Source of the DNA: a virus | Taxonomy: Duplodnaviria > Caudoviricetes | Reading direction: 5' to 3' (one strand) | IMG/VR virus record: IMGVR_UViG_3300031949_001696 | DNA: 64,000 nucleotides | Shown: positions 57,517 to 64,000 of the stretch, piece by piece | Layout of the letters: each line of letters starts with the position of its first letter | How positions within the stretch are numbered: the stretch's first letter is position 1 | Notes under the pieces: model-generated | The model's database searches: none | What the model saw: the letters and a program-made list of their open reading frames with translations, nothing else | What the model was told of the DNA's origin: nothing | Program-made: the position numbers and the translations under genes

Positions 57517-57668
57517 GTCGTGTTCGTCTAGCGGCCAAGGACGCTGGTCCCTGTGTCCGTCGCCCCATCGCGCGGTGCGGTGAGTCGTCGGACACTAGGT
57601 TCGGTCAGTGATGTCGTAACGCCACTTCCCTCAAACCGGCAACACGGGTTCGAGTCCCGTACACGACG
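57517..57668 (+). tRNA. tRNA-Glu(CTC) interrupted by a 79-nt insert in the anticodon loop
   Basis: Intact acceptor GTCGTGT/ACACGAC, D and T arms; removing one TCCCT-bounded unit gives CTGGT-CCCTCAA-ACCGG. Confidence 0.75.
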
Positions 57669-57681
57669 CGAAGAAGTTTCT

Positions 57682-57754
57682 GCCCCTGTAGCTCAGCAGA
57701 TAGAGCGCCTGGCTACGGACCAGGATGCCGGAGGTGCAAATCCTTTCAGGGGCG
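57682..57754 (+). tRNA. tRNA-Arg(ACG)
   Basis: Loop CTACGGA. Confidence 0.9.
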
Positions 57755-57835
57755 CTAGGCGAACGTGCACGTGGGCAGCTCACAACGATGTCTCACCATC
57801 GTTGCGATGACTGGTGCACCGACGCCTCAATTTCT

Positions 57836-57902
57836 AGGCCGTGATCTGGGATCAGCTTGGTTTCCAAAACCGATCAGCGAGGTTCAATCCCTCGACGGCC
57901 TG
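57836..57902 (+). tRNA. tRNA-Trp(CCA), shrunken D-arm
   Basis: Acceptor AGGCCGT/ACGGCCT; loop TTCCAAA; D-arm GATC-TGG-GATC. Confidence 0.75.
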
Positions 57903-57906
57903 CTAC

Positions 57907-57981
57907 GTGGTCTTGGCCTCGCGGACGGCGAACGCGAGGAGGAAGCTAAAGCACAGCTGGGTGAAAGTCCCGGAGACCACG
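57907..57981 (+). ncRNA. tRNA-like RNA without anticodon arm
   Basis: GTGGTCT/AGACCAC; T-like arm CTGGG-TGAAAGT-CCCGG; hairpin CCTCGCG/CGCGAGG. Confidence 0.55.
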
Positions 57982-57985
57982 CCTT

Positions 57986-58057
57986 CGCGGCGACTAGTGG
58001 ATCTAGACGGCGGTTTCATAAGCCGCTCGGAGTGCGGTTCGAGTCCGCCCGTCGCGA
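57986..58057 (+). tRNA. tRNA-Met(CAT), atypical D-arm
   Basis: Loop TTCATAA; TTCGAGT; Met, fMet or Ile2 identity unresolved. Confidence 0.75.
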
Positions 58058-58061
58058 CTCA

Positions 58062-58133
58062 CGGGGTGTAGCTCAGGAGTAGAGCGCATGGTTCGGGACC
58101 ATGAAGCCGCTGGTGCGATTCCAGTCACCCCGA
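58062..58133 (+). tRNA. tRNA-Pro(CGG)
   Basis: Loop TTCGGGA. Confidence 0.9.
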
Positions 58134-58138
58134 CTCAC

Positions 58139-58212
58139 GGAGAGTAGTTCACCGGGCGGTGATGCCGATTTTACATGTCGGCTGCGCATGGGTTCGAGTC
58201 CCTGGCTCTCCA
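58139..58212 (+). tRNA. tRNA-Val(TAC), atypical
   Basis: Acceptor GGAGAGT/GCTCTCC; loop TTTACAT. Confidence 0.7.
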
Positions 58213-58218
58213 CGATTT

Positions 58219-58290
58219 CCGCTCGTAGCTCAACGGTTGAGCGCGTGCTTGATAAGCGCGAGGCTGGTGGTTCGAGTCCACCCGAGCGGA
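58219..58290 (+). tRNA. tRNA-Ile(GAT)
   Basis: Loop TTGATAA. Confidence 0.9.
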
Positions 58291-58303
58291 CGATGAGAAC
58301 GAC

Positions 58304-58375
58304 GGGCCTCTAGTTCAACAGTAGAACGCTCGGCCTATTACCGAGATGTTGAGGGTGCAAATCCTTCGGGGCCTA
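58304..58375 (+). tRNA. tRNA-Ile(TAT)-like
   Basis: CTCGG-CCTATTA-CCGAG; C33 and T37 non-canonical. Confidence 0.65.
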
Positions 58376-58382
58376 CGATCAC

Positions 58383-58459
58383 GGTGCATGGAGCCAGCTG
58401 GAGACGGCGCTCGGATGTGGCCCGAGTTTCGGCGAGTTCGATCCTCGTCATGCACCCCA
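58383..58459 (+). tRNA. tRNA-His(GTG)
   Basis: G-1:C73; loop ATGTGGC; encoded CCA. Confidence 0.9.
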
Positions 58460-58463
58460 GTTT

Positions 58464-58535
58464 CGAGCAGTGGCGAAGTGGCATCGCGCCGGTTCGGGGA
58501 ACCGGAAATCGCAGGTTCGATCCCTGCCTGCTCGA
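58464..58535 (+). tRNA. tRNA-Pro(GGG)
   Basis: Loop TCGGGGA (C33). Confidence 0.88.
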
Positions 58536-58612
58536 CGAAAGGAGGTTGCGGCCGATCTACTGTCAGATCGTTCGTGCAGGAGCGTCTAGTCTATAGAAGG
58601 AGAACGAACGCC

Positions 58613-59149
58613 ATGGAGCCGACACATCAGACTCTGGTCCTTTCGCAAGGCTACGAACCGGTCAAGATCGTTTCGTGGCAGCGCGCCATCACGCTGCTCT
58701 TCCTCGGTAAGGTCGAAGTGGTCGAGGAGTACGACCGCGGCATCAAGACGACGTCGCTCGTGATCAAGATCCCGTCGGTGGTGCGGCTCCTCAAGGCATT
58801 CCGTCGGTACCCAAAGCCGGTGAAGTTCTCACGGATCAACATCTACGGGCGCGACAAGTACACCTGCCAGTATTGCGGGACGAAGAAGTCGATCGGCGAG
58901 CTGACGTACGACCACGTTGTGCCGCGTTCGCGGGGTGGAAAGACAACGTGGACCAACATCGCCACGTGCTGCTCGGACTGCAATCGCCGAAAGGCGAATC
59001 GCACACCGGAGCAGGCCGGCATGCGGCTGCTCAAGGAGCCCGTGCTGCCGACCGCCACGCCGGTGCTGGTAGTGGCCGTGAGCCGTGAGTCGGCACCCGA
59101 CGCGTGGCGCGATTACCTGTACTGGACGAGCGAGTTGGACGAAGACTGA
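58613..59149 (+). CDS. HNH endonuclease (McrA-like)
   Basis: AAGGAG SD; RD.YTCQYCG, LTYDHVVPRSRGG, W.N...C..CN..K. Confidence 0.92.
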   Translation: MEPTHQTLVLSQGYEPVKIVSWQRAITLLFLGKVEVVEEYDRGIKTTSLVIKIPSVVRLLKAFRRYPKPVKFSRINIYGRDKYTCQYCGTKKSIGELTYDHVVPRSRGGKTTWTNIATCCSDCNRRKANRTPEQAGMRLLKEPVLPTATPVLVVAVSRESAPDAWRDYLYWTSELDED

Positions 59150-59180
59150 TGTGCGAGCGCGCGGCAACGCGCTCGCATTT

Positions 59181-59255
59181 GGGGACGTAGGGGAGCTGGC
59201 CGTCCCCGCTGGCCTGTCACGCCGGAAATCGCGAGTTCGAATCTCGTCGTTCCCG
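59181..59255 (+). tRNA. tRNA-Asp(GTC)
   Basis: Loop CTGTCAC; G73. Confidence 0.92.
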
Positions 59256-59266
59256 CTTCGCGCTTT

Positions 59267-59335
59267 GGGGTGAGTACCGGGGTACAGCTGACCCTCGCAC
59301 GGTCGGCCCGCCGAGTTCAACTCTCGGTCGCTCCA
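59267..59335 (+). tRNA. tRNA-Ala(CGC), shrunken D-arm
   Basis: G3:U70; loop CTCGCAC; D-arm GTAC-CGGG-GTAC. Confidence 0.75.
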
Positions 59336-59339
59336 CGAC

Positions 59340-59411
59340 GGGTCCATGGCTCAATGGGAGAGCGCTCGCATGGCATGCGAGAGATTGCGCGTTCGATTCG
59401 CGCTGGATCCA
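59340..59411 (+). tRNA. tRNA-Ala(GGC)
   Basis: G3:U70; loop ATGGCAT. Confidence 0.9.
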
Positions 59412-59445
59412 CGATCGCTGCTCAACCGCGCGGTGCCCACACGCA

Positions 59446-59514
59446 CCATTGATGCCTCAAGGTGAGGCGTCGGCCTTCGGAGCCGAAAGTCTGGTTCAAT
59501 TCCAGATCATCCCC
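59446..59514 (+). pseudogene. tRNA-Arg(TCG) with destroyed 5' acceptor strand
   Basis: D, anticodon (CTTCGGA) and T arms intact; only 3 of 7 acceptor pairs form. Confidence 0.7.
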
Positions 59515-59556
59515 AAAAGGGATCGTGCACCGCGCACTCGAGCAGCGAACACTTTC

Positions 59557-59790
59557 TCAGTGCCCCTGGCAAGGTCCTTCGCAGATCTTGCAGTAGTCCT
59601 CGTCGAACGTATCGTCGATGGAGTGGTCGCCAGGCGGGTAGATCATTTCCTCTTCGAGGACGTCTCCGCTCGCAGTGCAGCTCGGACAAAGGAGGTCGTC
59701 GCCAGACCGTAGCCAGTTGTCGGGGAGTTGATCGATATCAGCGATCTCCTGAACCTTGCCGCACCGCGTGCACACGACGAACGTGGCCAT
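59557..59790 (-). CDS. Small Zn-finger protein
   Basis: CTRCG, LCPSC, YCKIC..PC..H. Confidence 0.6.
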   Translation of the reverse strand: MATFVVCTRCGKVQEIADIDQLPDNWLRSGDDLLCPSCTASGDVLEEEMIYPPGDHSIDDTFDEDYCKICEGPCQGH

Positions 59791-59866
59791 GCTTCCAGGC
59801 TACGTGAACGACGACGGCACGGACAGTTTTTGGCTCTCGGGTAGGCGTGTTGTTTTTGCACGCTGG

Positions 59867-60433
59867 CTAGCGCAGGGTGATTCGAGCGATCGCCACGGCG
59901 TTCTCGCGCTCGAATGTCTCGCGATTGATCGAAAGCACGAGATCGTTGTCTTCGTCGGCGAACGCGCGCGCTTTCGATGAGGTGTCAAGGTCGAAGCCTA
60001 GCTTCTCGAACACGCGACATGACGCGACGTTCGCAGGGATCACCGATGCGTAGATCTGCGTGAGCCCCAAGCGCGCGAAGCCCGCGGCGCAGATCATCAA
60101 CGCGAAGCGCGTGCCGAGACCCTTACCTTGCTCGTTGGGATCTGCGATCAGGAATGCGAACTCGCAGGCACCGTCGTGCGACGTGCGCAGGTCGCCGTCG
60201 CCGACGAGGCACCCATCGCGGAACAACAGGAAGGGATGTCCACGGTCGGCGATCATGTTGACGTAGTGCTCGAGCACGTCGGCTTCATCGAGCGGCTCGG
60301 TGTGACCGAGCAGCGCCGCGTTCTTTGGGTCGTTGTAGGCAGCGGCGAACGTGGGGGCGTGCTTGTGCACGTCGTTCACCGTTGCCTCAACTGCGCTGAG
60401 ATCATTCCACTCCACGCGTAGCAGCTCCGTCAT
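59867..60433 (-). CDS. GNAT (RimJ/RimL-like) acetyltransferase
   Basis: GGAGG SD; QGKGLGT, N.AS..VFEKLGF. Confidence 0.85.
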   Translation of the reverse strand: MTELLRVEWNDLSAVEATVNDVHKHAPTFAAAYNDPKNAALLGHTEPLDEADVLEHYVNMIADRGHPFLLFRDGCLVGDGDLRTSHDGACEFAFLIADPNEQGKGLGTRFALMICAAGFARLGLTQIYASVIPANVASCRVFEKLGFDLDTSSKARAFADEDNDLVLSINRETFERENAVAIARITLR

Positions 60434-60455
60434 CTATCTCCTCCGTAATGAGCAA

Positions 60456-60519
60456 GTCTAAGCACAGCTCGGTGGACGCTGGGGCTACGCGGTGTGTCTA
60501 AGCACAGCTCGGTGGACGC
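60456..60519. repeat. Two perfect 24-bp direct repeats, period 40
   Basis: GTCTAAGCACAGCTCGGTGGACGC at 60456 and 60496. Confidence 0.85.
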
Positions 60520-60654
60520 GGTGGTTGTGCGGTGTGTTCAGGGTCAACCAAGAGGAGAGACGTTGCTTAGGCAACCCTACGAAACTGGATAAATTGCAAT
60601 GTATTGAACCGAAGTTGCAGCCTGGTCGTAGGTTGCGCGACACTCGCACATCCG

Positions 60655-61134
60655 ATGAGACTCAAGCCGCCACGCACGCACTACCTTGGCAAGGTGGCCG
60701 GACTTTCCATCTACCTCGTCTCGGGTGTGGACGTTCGTAACACCACCGACATTGACTTCACGTGCGGCGGCAATGAGGCCGTCTACCCGAGCTACGTCCC
60801 GCCCGGCGAGATCTGGCTCGATGATGCCGCTGGGCCGTTCGATCGCACGGCGACAGCGCTGCATGAGATTGTCGAGCGCCATCAGATGATGACGTTCGGA
60901 AAGAACTACGAAGATGCGCACGAAGTCGCATCGGCGACGGAGCGGCCGTTCCGTCGTGAGCTGGCCAAAGCCCCGCCGAAGGCATTTGATCCGCGGCGCG
61001 TCGCGACGGCCTACCAGGCGTACCTGAAGAAACCCGGACGCCATCCCGTCGTTGACCGGCCGAACGATCCGCGGCGGGGAGCCAAGCAGATGGACCGCGA
61101 GATCGGGGAAGCGCTCGGGCGACGAGCGCGCTGA
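60655..61134 (+). CDS. HExxE (zincin-like) protein with C-terminal QMDREIGEAL tag
   Basis: EIWLD, ALHEIVE, Y..AH..A...E. Confidence 0.7.
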   Translation: MRLKPPRTHYLGKVAGLSIYLVSGVDVRNTTDIDFTCGGNEAVYPSYVPPGEIWLDDAAGPFDRTATALHEIVERHQMMTFGKNYEDAHEVASATERPFRRELAKAPPKAFDPRRVATAYQAYLKKPGRHPVVDRPNDPRRGAKQMDREIGEALGRRAR

Positions 61135-61152
61135 CAAGTCGAGAGCACGGTG

Positions 61153-61227
61153 GGTTCGCCGCTGTGTCTCTATGCTTTCGACCGGGACGCACACCCGCGA
61201 TGTCGCCGTCCGAGCGTGCGGTCATGG
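61153..61227 (-). pseudogene. Fragment duplicating the 3' end of 61685..62056
   Basis: MTARSDGDIAGVRPGRKHRDTAAN vs MTARSNGDIAWVRPGRKHSGTAAN. Confidence 0.75.
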
Positions 61228-61254
61228 CGCCGACACGGATAGTTTGTGGCTCTC

Positions 61255-61327
61255 GGGCAGGCATGTACCAAGGAGGCGAGCTGGATTTGCAATCCGGTTG
61301 CGGTCGGTTCGATCCCGATCCTGTCCA
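61255..61327 (+). tRNA. tRNA-Ala(TGC)
   Basis: G3:U70; loop TTTGCAA; weak D-stem. Confidence 0.8.
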
Positions 61328-61393
61328 CGCCACGCTAGACTGTCGCGATGACGAACACGGAGGTCCACATGATGACGTAGCCGCGCTTCCTTC

Positions 61394-61618
61394 ATGGAAG
61401 CGCTCATCGAGATCCGTCTCATCACCATCAACAAGCAGCCCACCGAGGAGAATCACGTAGAAGAGTTCGTCGAGCTGCTCGAAGCAGGTCGGCAGCTGCC
61501 GGCAATCAAGCTTCGCAAGATCACCGACGACGAGTACCGCCTCGTCGATGGTCGACACCGCCTTGAGGCGCGGCGACGTCTCGGCAAAACGCGCGTTCGC
61601 GCGCACATCACGTTGTAG
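61394..61618 (+). CDS. ParB N-terminal-like domain protein
   Basis: LP.I, YRLVDGRHRLEA. Confidence 0.7.
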   Translation: MEALIEIRLITINKQPTEENHVEEFVELLEAGRQLPAIKLRKITDDEYRLVDGRHRLEARRRLGKTRVRAHITL

Positions 61619-61684
61619 CTGCCCCAAAGGTGACCGCAGATTTCGGCATGCTCGCCTGGTACGCGAGAGACTCCGAGTTGGGGC

Positions 61685-62056
61685 TCAAGGTTGTTTGAAG
61701 TAGCGGCGCGCGAGGTTCGCCGCGGTGCCGCTGTGCTTTCGCCCGGGGCGCACCCACGCGATGTCTCCGTTCGAGCGCGCGGTCATGGTCTCGTCCCGCG
61801 CTTCGTCGGTCGAGAAGCCTCCGACCGTCGGGAACCCTCCGACGTTGTTTCGCGGCGACGTGAACATGTGGAACACCTGCACGCGCAGAGCGCGCTCGTC
61901 GCGCAGGTAGAGCTGGGCCAGCAGGTCGCAGCCTCGCGCGTCTCCCACCACGAACGCGGCTTCTTCCGCGATCGCTGTCGCGATCCGTGGAGCGTAGTGC
62001 GCGCGGAACTCGTCGACCGTGAGGTCGAGATGTCCGCTGATGAAGTAGGTCTTCAT
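61685..62056 (-). CDS. Hypothetical protein (possible SLOG-like nucleotide-binding fold)
   Basis: FISGH, FVVGDA.G.D, RD..M, SGT..N. Confidence 0.65.
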   Translation of the reverse strand: MKTYFISGHLDLTVDEFRAHYAPRIATAIAEEAAFVVGDARGCDLLAQLYLRDERALRVQVFHMFTSPRNNVGGFPTVGGFSTDEARDETMTARSNGDIAWVRPGRKHSGTAANLARRYFKQP

Positions 62057-62073
62057 GTGGGTCGTTTACCTGA

Positions 62074-62144
62074 TCGGGGATCGTCTAACGGTAGGACGTG
62101 CGCCTTTGGAGCGCACTATCAAGGTTCGAATCCTTGTCCCCGAA
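62074..62144 (+). tRNA. tRNA-Gln(TTG)
   Basis: Loop CTTTGGA. Confidence 0.92.
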
Positions 62145-62273
62145 CTACACTGCACGCGTCTCCTCGCGCGCGGGGCCTGCGGAACGGCAGGCGGGCTGTG
62201 CAAGAGCCCGCGCGTAGATCACCGTGGTCAGCTCACTCCTACGGCTTCCAACGGGGCGAGCACTTTTCTTCTT

Positions 62274-62346
62274 GCGTCGGTAGCCAAGTGGCCAAGGCAC
62301 GCGCCTGCAAAGCGCGCAGTGACGGGTTCGATTCCCTCCCGACGCT
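62274..62346 (+). tRNA. tRNA-Cys(GCA)
   Basis: Loop CTGCAAA; U73. Confidence 0.9.
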
Positions 62347-62366
62347 CGAAACTCTTCACGCTCCAC

Positions 62367-62439
62367 GCTCTCGTAGCTCAATGGATAGAGCAGACGGCTT
62401 CTACCCGTAAGATTGAAGGTCCGAGTCCTTCCGAGAGCA
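62367..62439 (+). tRNA. tRNA-Arg(TCT)
   Basis: Loop CTTCTAC. Confidence 0.88.
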
Positions 62440-62445
62440 CGTCCC

Positions 62446-62519
62446 GCCTTCGAAGCCGCATTGGAAGCGGCACCGAGTTCCTACCTCGGAGGTTGCAGGT
62501 TCGAGTCCTGTCGAAGGCA
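62446..62519 (+). tRNA. tRNA-Arg(CCT)
   Basis: Loop TTCCTAC. Confidence 0.9.
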
Positions 62520-62527
62520 CGCCTCCT

Positions 62528-62629
62528 GCGGGCATGCGGCAATGGCGCCGCGCCGGTCAAGCTTTCGTCGTCCGAGCGATCGGGCTGTCGCGAGACCGTT
62601 ATCAGGTTCGATCCCAGATGCCCGCTCCA
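62528..62629 (+). ncRNA. tRNA-Gly-like RNA with anticodon loop replaced by a 35-nt GNRA-capped extension; encoded CCA
   Basis: GCGGGCA/TGCCCGC-T-CCA; D and T arms; CGGTC/GACCG stem. Confidence 0.7.
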
Positions 62630-62667
62630 TCATCTAGTCCATCTAGTGGTACCTCTCGCCGACGGAA

Positions 62668-62868
62668 ATGCTGACCATCAAGCTCTTCGGAGACAAGCAA
62701 GCTGAGAGGTTTGTCTGGTCGATCGCGGTCATGGACAGTCGCGGCATGCACCTCGTTACGGACGGTACCGCCGACTCGGCAGAAAACGCCAAGGCGGGGA
62801 TGCGCACTGCTCTCGGAAAGCTCGTCGAGAAGTTGGAATTCCGGCCCGTCGCACCCACCGACGACTGA
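62668..62868 (+). CDS. Small hypothetical protein
   Basis: ORF between tRNAs. Confidence 0.45.
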   Translation: MLTIKLFGDKQAERFVWSIAVMDSRGMHLVTDGTADSAENAKAGMRTALGKLVEKLEFRPVAPTDD

Positions 62869-62902
62869 TCGTCGGCCAAGTTTCGTCATCGTTGTTCACA
62901 GC

Positions 62903-62970
62903 GCCTCCGCACGTGGACGTGACCCGAGTTTCCGAAACTCGGTGAGCTGGTTCGACTCCAGCCGGAGGTA
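62903..62970 (+). tRNA. tRNA-Arg(CCG), shrunken D-arm
   Basis: Loop TTCCGAA; D-arm CACG-TGGA-CGTG; TTCGACT. Confidence 0.75.
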
Positions 62971-62977
62971 CTACTTT

Positions 62978-63024
62978 GTCGGCGTTTCACAACGGAGATG
63001 CGGGTTTGACTCCCGTCGCCGATA
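62978..63024 (+). ncRNA. 47-nt tRNA minihelix-like RNA (acceptor + T-arm only)
   Basis: GTCGGCG/CGCCGAT; GCGGG-TTTGACT-CCCGT. Confidence 0.55.
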
Positions 63025-63091
63025 CGATCTCCACGCACTTGCATCCGAGTGCTTCTGATGTACAACGCGTGGCTTAACCAGGAGAACGCAC

Positions 63092-64000
63092 ATGTCGATC
63101 GACTATCTGATGGACGCCGTTGCGTCGCCGACGCAGCGAGAGAAGGCCGACCCTCGGCAGGTCATGAACAATGCAGGAGGCTACACGTTCGTCGTCGACG
63201 ACTGGGCACGCCTGCGCCGCTTCCTGGTGCTCGGCGCCGAGGGCGGCACGTACTATGCGTCCGAGAAGAAGCTCGCGCGCGAGAACGCCGCGTGCGTCGA
63301 GCGGCTGATCCAGCTCGATGGTCCACGCCTCGTTCGCGAGGTGGCCGAGCTGTCGGAGAGCGGTCGCGCGCCCAAGAACGATCCGGCGATCCTCGCGCTC
63401 GCGCTCGCCGCCAAGCTCGGCGACCTGCCGACCAAGCGGGCCGCGTACGCGGCGCTGCCGCGCGTCTGCCGCATCGGCACGCACCTCTACCACTTCGCCG
63501 CGTTCACGAGCGCAATCGCGGGTGGCGGCTGGGGCGCCGGCATGCGCCGCGCAATCGGCGACTGGTTCAACGCCCGATCGGTCGACGACACCGCGCACCA
63601 GGTCGTGAAGTACCAGTCGCGCGACGGCTGGTCGGCCAAGGACGTCCTTTGCCTCGCGCGTCCGAACCCGAAGAAGGCGTACCGCTTCGACAAGGAAGCA
63701 GGGCGTGTCGTCGCGGCCGACGACTTCGCCGCGCGCGACGCGCTCTACCGCTGGGTGACGTACGGCGTCGAGGGCCTCGACGTCGATCAGCGCGCGAAGC
63801 TGCCGGCGATCGTCGATGCGTTCGAGCAGCTCAAGGGCCTGACCGACGGCAAGAAGGTCGTCGCGCTGATCCGCGAGCACTCGCTGCCGCGCGAGGCCGT
63901 GCCGACGCAGCACCTGACGCTTCCCGAGGTATGGGAGGCGCTCCTGCCGCACATGGGCCTGTCCGCTCTCGTCCGTAACCTCGCGACGATGACGCGCGTC
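63092..64000 (+). CDS. rsr: Ro60/TROVE-domain RNA-binding protein (Rsr), 3' truncated by window
   Basis: AGGAG SD; QVMNNAGGYTFVVDDWARLRRFLVLGAEGGTYY, GRAPKND, RIGTHLYHF, KYQSRDGWS; not in the ORF track. Confidence 0.95.
   Translation, partial: MSIDYLMDAVASPTQREKADPRQVMNNAGGYTFVVDDWARLRRFLVLGAEGGTYYASEKKLARENAACVERLIQLDGPRLVREVAELSESGRAPKNDPAILALALAAKLGDLPTKRAAYAALPRVCRIGTHLYHFAAFTSAIAGGGWGAGMRRAIGDWFNARSVDDTAHQVVKYQSRDGWSAKDVLCLARPNPKKAYRFDKEAGRVVAADDFAARDALYRWVTYGVEGLDVDQRAKLPAIVDAFEQLKGLTDGKKVVALIREHSLPREAVPTQHLTLPEVWEALLPHMGLSALVRNLATMTRV

Noticed and set aside
57548-57631. Group I intron in tRNA-Glu
   Set aside because: 79 nt is too short, and no P7 core or terminal G is evident.
60456-60519. 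Possible mini-CRISPR
   Set aside because: Only two repeats with a 16-nt spacer, and no cas genes.
55400-63058. Many ORF-track entries overlapping tRNAs
   Set aside because: Shadow ORFs across RNA genes with no protein motifs.
63049-63978. 309-aa + strand and 292-aa - strand ORFs
   Set aside because: Alternate frames of the Ro60 gene starting at 63092.
1-64000. Tailed prophage or rRNA operon
   Set aside because: No terminase, portal, tail, integrase or rRNA sequence was recognised.

Overview
High-GC window (roughly 65% by eye) with no housekeeping-chromosome character. It reads as part of a very large virus, provirus or extrachromosomal element; a myxobacterium-like host is only a weak inference. 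Five blocks: (1) 1-22.7 kb, a tightly coupled + strand operon of novel virion-like proteins. Many are membrane-anchored or Pro-rich, and they include a transglutaminase-like Cys-His-Asp enzyme and a lytic transglycosylase. They share recurring peptide tags (RGxYG, Y/I/V-V/I-G, HAT/HST...QLDREIAEAL) and repeated domains. (2) 22.7-39.9 kb, a glycan synthesis and modification cluster (GT2, FkbM and other methyltransferases, a WbpB/E/D-like amino-sugar trio, paired 2OG-Fe(II) oxygenases, a collagen-like fibre, a cupin). (3) 40-55 kb, accessory genes including two truncated RadA/Sms paralogs (one with a LAGLIDADG intein), a lone COG3581-type protein and a dual-specificity phosphatase. (4) 55.2-63.0 kb, an array of 31 tRNA genes, one pseudo-tRNA and several anticodon-less tRNA-like RNAs, interspersed with two HNH genes. 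(5) From 63.1 kb, Ro60/TROVE (Rsr), running off the window end. Best candidate for a new system: the tRNA/Ro60 block sits behind a sigma70 promoter, a 57-codon leader ORF and overlapping antiterminator/terminator helices. This looks like a translation-stress-sensing attenuator controlling a backup set of structurally deviant tRNAs (C33 loops, shrunken D-arms, a 79-nt anticodon-loop insert, anticodon-less mimics). All calls were made by eye; no database searches were run.
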